A stretch of 61,408 bases of DNA, counting the filler, from Choristocarpus tenellus KU-1152 (lineage: Eukaryota; Protista; Phaeophyceae): assembly GCA_964200185.2 (NCBI GenBank). It is 12 parts of 12 records of this genome, joined end to end, with 100 filler letters (N's around TTAATTAATTAA, not from the genome) between each part and the next. Parts side by side here need not be neighbours in the genome. Positions count along the whole stretch, not along the records: positions 48,068 to 58,137 come from CAXNAD020003172.1; positions 58,238 to 61,408 come from CAXNAD020021796.1; 10 more parts are not named here. The stretch is one strand, 5' to 3'. Position numbers and translations under genes: made by a program. Each line of letters opens with the position of its first letter. Within the stretch, counting starts at the first letter, position 1. Under the pieces are notes generated by a model. It had not been told where the DNA came from, did not search any database, and saw nothing but the letters and a program-made list of their open reading frames with translations. Below, one piece after another: positions 53,612 to 61,408 of this stretch.

Positions 53612-53875
53612 GAGTGAAAGTATCTTAGGGTTAGGGTACGATTTTTGCCCTGTTTGTCCGTTTGGGGCTTGGCTTCCCACGTTTTTATATAAAGACATTT
53701 TCCTACTCCGAAATGCTTTGGAGTAGGCAAAATGTATACGTTATGAAAAGGTGTGTATGGAACAAGGATGTTGACACTTCCTAACAGACACAACAGCCAA
53801 AATTACATCAAAATCGCAACACTGGATTTTGGCCCCCAAACAGGCTTGGCTCTACCCTCTAAGGTACTTTGACTC
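53612..53875 (+). mobile_element. MITE family A variant with family-B-like TIR
   Basis: Family A interior; ends GAGTGAAAGTATCTTAG ... CTAAGGTACTTTGACTC; similar partial copy at 37664-37728. Confidence 0.8.
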
Positions 53876-54976
53876 TGCTGGATGATGTTCAGTTGAAATC
53901 CATCAACAAAATTAGGCTGTGCATGTGTGTGAATGGGAAGCATGGGTAGAAATGATCCTTCCCGTGCCCTTTCAAAAGGTGTACATTTGAAGTGATCAAA
54001 GAATTGACCTGTTTCTGCAAGTCTGCATGTGTTCGAGATTGATTAATTACACTTCTACCATTTGATATTTGACATATACTACCTTGCACGGAGTACCTGG
54101 ACAGACACAAGTCAAACAGCAGGTTGGACCAGTAGACTGGTAAACCTGAAGCAGTTTTGATCCACATACAAAAAAAACAACTATGTAATCAGTTGTACTG
54201 CAAAACGTGCATCTCAATAATTTAGCAGGTAGGGTTATCCCTTCCCCCCCTCAAAGCTTACAGATGATGGGTACTCGCGCATTACCCTTAGTGGATGATT
54301 ACAGGGTCTTGTGAAAAGTTATAATCTGCCGACTCCCACCATGCCACAGACAGTTGATTCACCATCCCCTGAGTCGAACATGATGAAAAATAAGCAAACC
54401 TCTGTGCTGTCATCTGATTGGTCGGCTTCCACCCTGCCACAAAAGCAGTCCACCACCCTCTGTGTTGGGCACTATAGAAATATGAATGAATGTCCATGTT
54501 GAAATGAACGAGAAGAGCCGCTTGTGGGCTGCCCTACAGGGTTCTACTCCTGTCACCCACAGTCTTGAAGATACTCAGATGTAACTTCTGTTGTCTGATA
54601 AGATGTAAGTGAACATAAAAATTCGGAACAGTTCACAAGAACTCAAGACACGTACAGTTTTACTCTGTCACACCCACACACTTCGAGGACTCAGATGTAA
54701 CGTCTGTTTTCCGTACATGATAGGAGCAAATACATAGTTCTTTCAGAGCAGTTTACAAGAACTCAAGACATATTTAGCCGATATCTTCATGACCGGTATG
54801 GTTCTTAGGGGTTGCAGAAGTTTGTGTTCACTCTTTGTGATGATGTTGTCATGAATCATGTCCCCTTGAAAGAGGAACATGACCTATGGATGAAAGAAAA
54901 AATGAAGCAGATGGGGGGCAATTTCGTAACACAGGCACACCGTACTTTAACCTCCAGCTATACCTGTCAATACACA

Positions 54977-55231
54977 AAGTAAATTAGAGGCACCCAGGTT
55001 TTGGCAATTTTGCATTTTAAGTCTGTTCTTCAATCTTTTGCAATTCCACTCATATTTCTACGGATGAAGTTCTGAGTTTGACTTGAGAGGTTTTATTTCT
55101 TTTATTGTTTAAAACATTTCTGACACAAATTAGAAAATATCCCATACATATTTGTGAAAAAAAAGAAGCCGTAATTAGCACATACTTGTCAGCATCCTTC
55201 AAATGCAACTCTGGGTACCTCTTGTTTACTT
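54977..55231 (+). mobile_element. MITE family C
   Basis: TIR AAGTAAATTAGAGGCACCCAG ... CTGGGTACCTCTTGTTTACTT. Confidence 0.8.
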
Positions 55232-55689
55232 CAACTACAACTCGTTTGCCATGGTATTGATAAAAAAATTCAACTTGCTCAGAGTGCAAGGATGTCACTT
55301 GAATGAACCCCTGACTCCTACTACACGAGCATAACCTCGGTAGTGCATATGCAAAGCTGAGAAATATCCAATTGATCCATCGGCCCATTTTCTCTTGCAT
55401 GTCTGCCAGCCCAAACTGTAACCCTAAACATAGCTCAAGGTCAAACCGTCTCCTCAATTGTTTGAGGTCAATCTTGCTACTACTCGTTGTTCTATACTGT
55501 GTCGAATTTGGGATGCCATTATGTAGGACCCTGCCTCTCTCTCTCATCATATGACTCGTTGATGTACACTGTCTCACATGCTCTGTGTGTAATTTCCGAC
55601 CAGGTTTGGTCCCAAGCACTGACCCTACATAAAATCCATTATGTTAACTCCAGTACCAATCGTGACCTCACCTGCCTGGACACACTCAG

Positions 55690-57404
55690 GTCCTGCCGCG
55701 GGAGGCTTACTTAAAGTTATTTGCGGCCATCTACCTTGCCCTCATCCCCATGGCCGACGCTGCAGAAGCCAAGGAGGCGGCAGCGTGGGACTGGGGCAGG
55801 GACACAGCCCTCCTTCCACCAGCCCTGGTGCACCTGGGCATGCCCCTCGATACATTTATGGAGGCCATGTTGGGGCTAACTGACAACGTAAGGGAAGATT
55901 CTAGTCAATCACACTGCATCCTATCCGCCGCTTACTGTGTGTGTGATCCACTGGCACATATGTACTCAGAGGATTTGAGACGCGGTTGATATGGAACATG
56001 AAGTTAACACCACTAGTGCAGTGCAGTGCAGGATAGTGCCTTGGTGACAAGACAAATATTCTTATGTGACCACATGTGTGTGTGTCAAAATTTGCTGCTG
56101 CTACATTCCTCTGATCTTATCAAGTGCCTCTTACACGCCTGCTATTTTTCTTAAATCAAGTTATTGTGGAGATCGCAAAGGAAACACTCACCAATACAAC
56201 TGCAACACACACAACTGGTTGGTTCCAACTTAATTTCCCAATGCAAATCTGCGTATATTCTCATCCACCTACCCCAACACAACATCTTCCTTGCCCTTCA
56301 GACCCAAGGCATGTAAGGATGGCAGGAGTTTTGCTCTGTTTGTCCGTTCAGTACGTGGCTTCCCTTCTTTTTTTTACGGGTTTTTATGCCCTTTTTCATT
56401 TTTCAAAACATTTCGGAGCAGATAAAATGCATACAACTATGAAAGATGTGTCCGGAGCTAGGATATCTTGACACTTGCTAACAAACACGATAGCCAAAAT
56501 TACATCAAAATTGCAACATTGGATTTGGGATCCCAAACGGACACAGCCCTACCCTCTTAAATGCTTCGACTCTCAACAGTGGACAGAAACTGTTCGTCAA
56601 CACGACTACATCACCTTCCTTGGCATTGTGCGCGGGCGAGTGGGGCTTGCTGAACAACACCCAAAATCTGCCTCAGATCCCACAGTTCCTTCCCCCACAG
56701 CTATCTCCTCTCCCCTCCCCCAAGGTTCTCCATCCTCTTCTTCCCCATCCCCCAGAGGCTACAGCGTGATACAGGACAGTCCCAAATCACCAACCTCAGC
56801 CATGGCCGCTAATGCCAAGTTTGCTCCAGTTCACCCCCCACCAAGGTCACCTGTCGGTTTATCAGCATGTCACGCTCCAGGATACAGGCCCTGCAGTGGG
56901 GTGCAGCAAGCTCTGTGGGTAGCCACTGGAACCTCAGAATGGTTGGGTGAAAACAATTTTCAAAAGGGAGAGGGGAGTAGCAAAGACGGAGAAAATAGGC
57001 AAGCAGGAAAGGTCACCTGGGGCGCAAGGGATGGAACTGGTGAGGGGACGTTAGGCACCACAACCATAGGTAGGACAGGAGAAGAGGTGCTGGCAACATT
57101 TGGGGTGGGGAAGGGGCCGGGGTACAGTGAGGGGAAACAGAGGATGGCAGGGCCAAGACCAGGTTCACAGGGTTGTAGGTCTGGAGAGCAAAGTGGGTTG
57201 GGGACTAAGGTAGAAGCTGAGGCCAGAAGAGGATATGGGGAAGGAGAAGACTCTATGAACCTCTCAGAAGATGGCAATGGTGATGCCGGTCAGGGTGAGG
57301 TTGTGCCAGCTGCAACCAGAGAGGTTGAGTGCAAGGATTGGACTGAGAGCACGGTGACACTGTGGGAATTTGTGTCGCAGAATTTCCCGTTCAGCGTAGG
57401 AGAG
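55690..57404 (+). CDS. Uncharacterised protein with a degenerate EF-hand-like helical domain followed by an S/P/G-rich low-complexity region (internal exons)
   Basis: Exons 55690-55887 and 56580-57404 (phase 0, GTAAG donors): VLPREAYLKLFAAIYLALIP...AAWDWGRD...FMEAMLGLTDN-WTETVRQHDYITFL. Resembles a Y..L...IY.AL.P...DW..D...F...L.D.WT.....Y..FL pattern recalled from protist proteins. Confidence 0.7.
56301..56572 (+). mobile_element. MITE family A, intronic, ending 7 nt before an exon
   Basis: GACCCAAGGCATGTAAG ... CTCTTAAATGCTTCGACTC; flanked by TCA/TCA. Confidence 0.8.
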
Positions 57405-58607
57405 GTAAGGGTTAGGGAGAGGGTATGACCATCATGAATCTCGTTAAATGCAGGCCAAACACCATTCTATGGCACATTGAGTGCAGTGTTTTTACCATGC
57501 AACTGAACTGGAGATTGTGGCAAGGATGATGATACAAAGTGTCATCGCTATAAAGCAATATCTCAGATATATACACGGTTCTCATACCACTGCTTCCCTA
57601 GGATATTTTGGTATGGTACGCAGCATTTGAAACCCATTGAAACCCTAATATTGAAAATTCACTAAAACCTCGAGGTGAAGGTATTCTGGTCAGGAAGGCC
57701 ATGGGTATCAATAGTAATAGTGAGATAATGGAAACTGGAAGCTCACTTGAAAATGAAAAAATGAGAGAAATATGTGCGAAGTGCTGGTACTACTCCTGGG
57801 CAATTGTGAAGCCATTGGGTTGAGGGGAAACGAAGTTGGGCAGGTTTGGTGAGAAAGCAGATGAGTAAGGCACCCTGTGGGGATAGGGTTAGGGTTCCAT
57901 TGAGTTTAGCTGTGCACTCGCTCTAGAGAATTTCAAATGGAGAGAGTTGGCGGATTGGAGTAGGGTTTTATTGTATTGGTGTGGTTGGTATTTTTACAGT
58001 ACCATCAGTAGGGCAGTAGTACAGGATAGTGACTTGGTTTAGGGAGAGTACACTGGTACAAAACTCGGGACATTGGCACCTTTTTAAAAAGTACCTTGAG
58101 CCAAATTATCTTAGAGGGTAGATCCGTGTCCATTTGGNNNNNNNNNNNNNNNNNNNNNNNNNNNNNNNNNNNNNNNNNNNNTTAATTAATTAANNNNNNN
58201 NNNNNNNNNNNNNNNNNNNNNNNNNNNNNNNNNNNNNGGGAGGGGGGGGGGGAGAAAAAGGAAAAAGAATGGATAAAAGAGGGAGATGGGGGGGGGGGGG
58301 GGGGGGGGGGGGGGGGATGCCAATGGCGTGAGTGTCCATGCAAAATTGGATTGGAGCATTTTTAATGGGAGGGTGGGATCTTTCGATTTGAGGGGAGATC
58401 CACACTTGCCCTCCCTTTGTTTGCTTTGTAATGTTTTGGAAATCGGGGGAGGGGGGAGTGGGGGGGGGCGGGTGAGCGCAAGCACAAAGGTCTGTGTGGT
58501 GGATGGAGTGACTATGTATCCTCCCATTGTCACCTGTGGAACTTGAATCTGTTTTGATGTGTGTAAATATACCATTTGTCGTTTGTCACTTGCTGTTTTA
58601 ATCATAG

Positions 58608-58679
58608 GCTGTTGGTCCCTGTTTGAATTACCGTACTGCGATGTTGCTGCAGTGTTTGAGAGTTTTGGTGAAGCATACG
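58608..58679 (+). CDS. Candidate isolated exon (AVGPCLNYRTAMLLQCLRVLVKHT)
   Basis: ATAG acceptor, GTAGG donor, 72 nt open; neighbouring exons not resolved. Confidence 0.3.
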
Positions 58680-60545
58680 GTAGGGGTAGAGATTTGTTAC
58701 TGATGTTATTGATGACCCTGAATGACTTTGGGTTAGGGTGTTGGGTGGTTTTTGTCACGGGTGTTTGATGGGCGGAGGTCGATTGCGTCTTGGGTACTGT
58801 TTGCAAGTGTAGATTCTATTGAACTGTGTGAATGGGTTTATGATTCCCCCGACTGGTTTTATGCTGTGCACACATCACCCACGCATTTCCCCCTGGGACA
58901 GGGGGGTATTGGGAAGGGGGGGGAGGGGGGGGAGGCAGGCTGTGTGTGTGTGTTAAATGTGGTTCTTGGTAGGGGTTGAGAAAGTAACATTGGTGGGACC
59001 AACAAGTAGACAAGTAGAGCAACAAGACACGTGAGGCGCGCTGTGCCGACAAGGATAGATAGGAGGAGGATGGAAAGGAGAAGTGGTAGTGATAGTGTGT
59101 TATGCTGGAGCTCTGTAGCACCACTATGTAGCTCTATGTTGTATTGGTGACGGAAGGTGTTGTGCTCACAGGGGAGTTGGGTGGGCAGTGTAGTTGTTTT
59201 TCTTTGACCTTGTAAGATTTCTTGGTTGACCGATCCTGCCTCCTCATCTTTAAATATCTGATCGATCGATCGATGTCTACTGTTGATGTACTCATTTACC
59301 ACTTAAGAATATTGTAGGTGCTATTTTCTTCTCGAGGTCAAGAGAGGGGGGATGGGGGGGGNNNNNNNNNNTGACCCACTAAGGAATGTGGGGGGGGTGG
59401 GTTGCGGCGGGGGGCAAAGAGGGGGGGGGGGGGGGGGGGGAGGCATGGTTTCAAATGTTTCGTGTTATGTTTTTCGGTGACTTGAAGTACATAATAGACA
59501 GGATGGGGTAGCTGTCAACACACCTACTAATGGTCTGAGATAAGAGAGTCGTTGTGTGTATTATGTTGTGGTGTTGCAGACTGAAGGCTTTGCTTCATTT
59601 TTGCTCTGCTTGGATGGATGTACTACTGTGGATCGTTCCATGATATGTTGTCCTTGTTCTTGTCTTCTTGGTTGGTTTCAACTCTGCAGTTTGTTTCATG
59701 CGGGGGAGCCTGTGGGGGAGGGGAGAGAGGAGGAAAGATCTATAGAACACTTTCCTCTATGATGCCTCCCAGTTGTGTTCCTCTTGTTGCTACACAGATG
59801 CCATGCTGGTGTATTTCGTCTGGTATTGGCACCTATGTGTAGGCATAGATAGTATCACCAGTAAGAGTTGCGATGTTTTGGGAGGGGGGGAGACACTGCA
59901 TGTATGGGATTTTTGTTAATTGTTTCTTGTTGTTGTGGCGGTTACCTGGAAGTAGCTATTTGTTCACTATTTTTGCAATTAATAATTTGTATTACTCTGC
60001 CAGAGTGGGCACATGGACGGCTGAGAAAGGATTTTTTTTTTCGCAATAAAAGAATAATTATATATAGTTCCCCTTACTTGTTCGGTTGGAGATGTTTTTA
60101 TTGGGTTTTTTTAACGAAGTGCAGAATGTAGTCCGATCGATCGAACTCTTGAAAGTGATAAATCTCTAACCACACGAATTTGGGACAAACATGACAAATC
60201 ACATCATCATATTTCTCCATTTCCAAGCTTTCTCAAACTTTGTTGCCATGTGCATTGTGTGGAAAGCTCTGTCTGCACGTCGCAGCACACCCCATGATTG
60301 GCTACACCCCCATTGTTATCCGCTTTCTCTTCTCCATTTAGTGGTGTGTCTGCTCCATTTCTCTGTTATTGAAGATCATAGAAATATAGAAGCATATCGA
60401 TAGAGAATTCTGCCTTCTTAGCACTTTTATTTTTGCTTTGAAAATCACATGGAAAATTATAATATTTATACTGCAAGTACGAACATCACATGGAAAATGT
60501 GTCATTTATACTACAGGTGCGATTTTTTTAATTGCATGAAGTCAA

Positions 60546-60792
60546 AAGTAAACGAGAGGTACCTAAGATTTGGTTGTTTTCCATTTATAGTCAGTTATTC
60601 AATCTTTTACTATTCACCCATATTTTTATTTCTAAGGATGAAGTGCTGAGTTTGAATTGAGATTTTTTATTCCTGCATTGTTTTCAACTTTTTGTTGACA
60701 GTAGTCACAAAATTTCCAACAAGCGTTTGTAAGAGAAGTCAGATTTTGTATATATTTGTCAACACCCCTTGACTGCAACTCTGGGTACCTGT
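60546..60792 (+). mobile_element. MITE family C (diverged)
   Basis: AAGTAAACGAGAGGTACC ... tgcaactctgggtacct; shares internal ggatgaagt-ctgagtttga-ttgaga with other copies. Confidence 0.7.
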
Positions 60793-61408
60793 CGAGAAGG
60801 AAGAAATTATTGAGAACCAACTTGTGTGTTATTAATATTCTCTTTGAAGAAATGATTGGCACAAAATAAGTACAATGCCAATTTTCAGAGTGAATGACTG
60901 ACCAGTAAACTGTCGCTACTAATACCACTACTACTTCAATGACAATTAACCCTAACTGTATGGACGATGTATTACGCATATTATGGTGATCTAATCGATC
61001 GATTATCATTATTATTATTATTATTTCTACAATGTTTCTATTGTTATTATGTTTTTCTGTTATTTTTGAGTCTAATCCATTGAGAGGTAGGCACCTTTGG
61101 GCCCTTTTGCATTCTAAGCCATCTTTCTTACAACAGCTGATCACCTAAATTGAGGATGGAGCTTTTATTGAAGATGAGCGAGACCCAGAATGGTGTGCGG
61201 AGAGTGCACATATGTTTTTTTTTGTAAATGTTGCGGCACTTTTGGAGGGCCCCGCTAAGAATGGGAATCCATCCTGAAGGTGGTAGTAGGATAGTGTGTG
61301 GGGGGCGGCAATGATTTCGTTTGATCATCGTGTACATGTATGCCCTGCGTTGGCTTGCTTGCTTGAATAATTAGTAGTGCGGTGGGTGGAGTCGTTTGAC
61401 TGTCGATG

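Noticed and set aside
54570-54780. Two ~115-bp direct repeats resembling a repeat-spacer array
   Set aside because: Only two diverged units; a simple local duplication
56475-56579. N-terminus of the 317-aa ORF
   Set aside because: Derived from MITE family A; the supported exon starts at 56580

Overview
Eukaryotic, intron-rich, repeat-rich nuclear DNA. Interstitial TTAGGG repeats, a flagellar CFAP44 gene and a class II PRS suggest a flagellate-producing alga or protist, possibly a stramenopile/brown alga (inference only). The window is 12 short contigs joined by 11 artificial 100-bp linkers (N44-TTAATTAATTAA-N44). Most contigs hold a fragment of an unrelated gene, so adjacency across linkers is not trustworthy. 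Hand-splicing recovers fragments of: a single-pass membrane protein, class II PRPP synthase, a divergent PP2A-A-like HEAT protein, the CFAP44 C-terminus (GC-AG intron), SGF29, a DEAH helicase and three uncharacterised proteins. Mobile DNA includes nested and chimeric Copia elements, a PlantMar-type mariner pseudogene, LINE remnants and at least three MITE families. The best novelty candidate is an SGF29 tandem-Tudor protein apparently spliced in frame to a linker-histone (H15)/winged-helix-like domain. No prokaryotic system, CRISPR array, rRNA or tRNA was found. All family assignments are from remembered motifs, not database searches.
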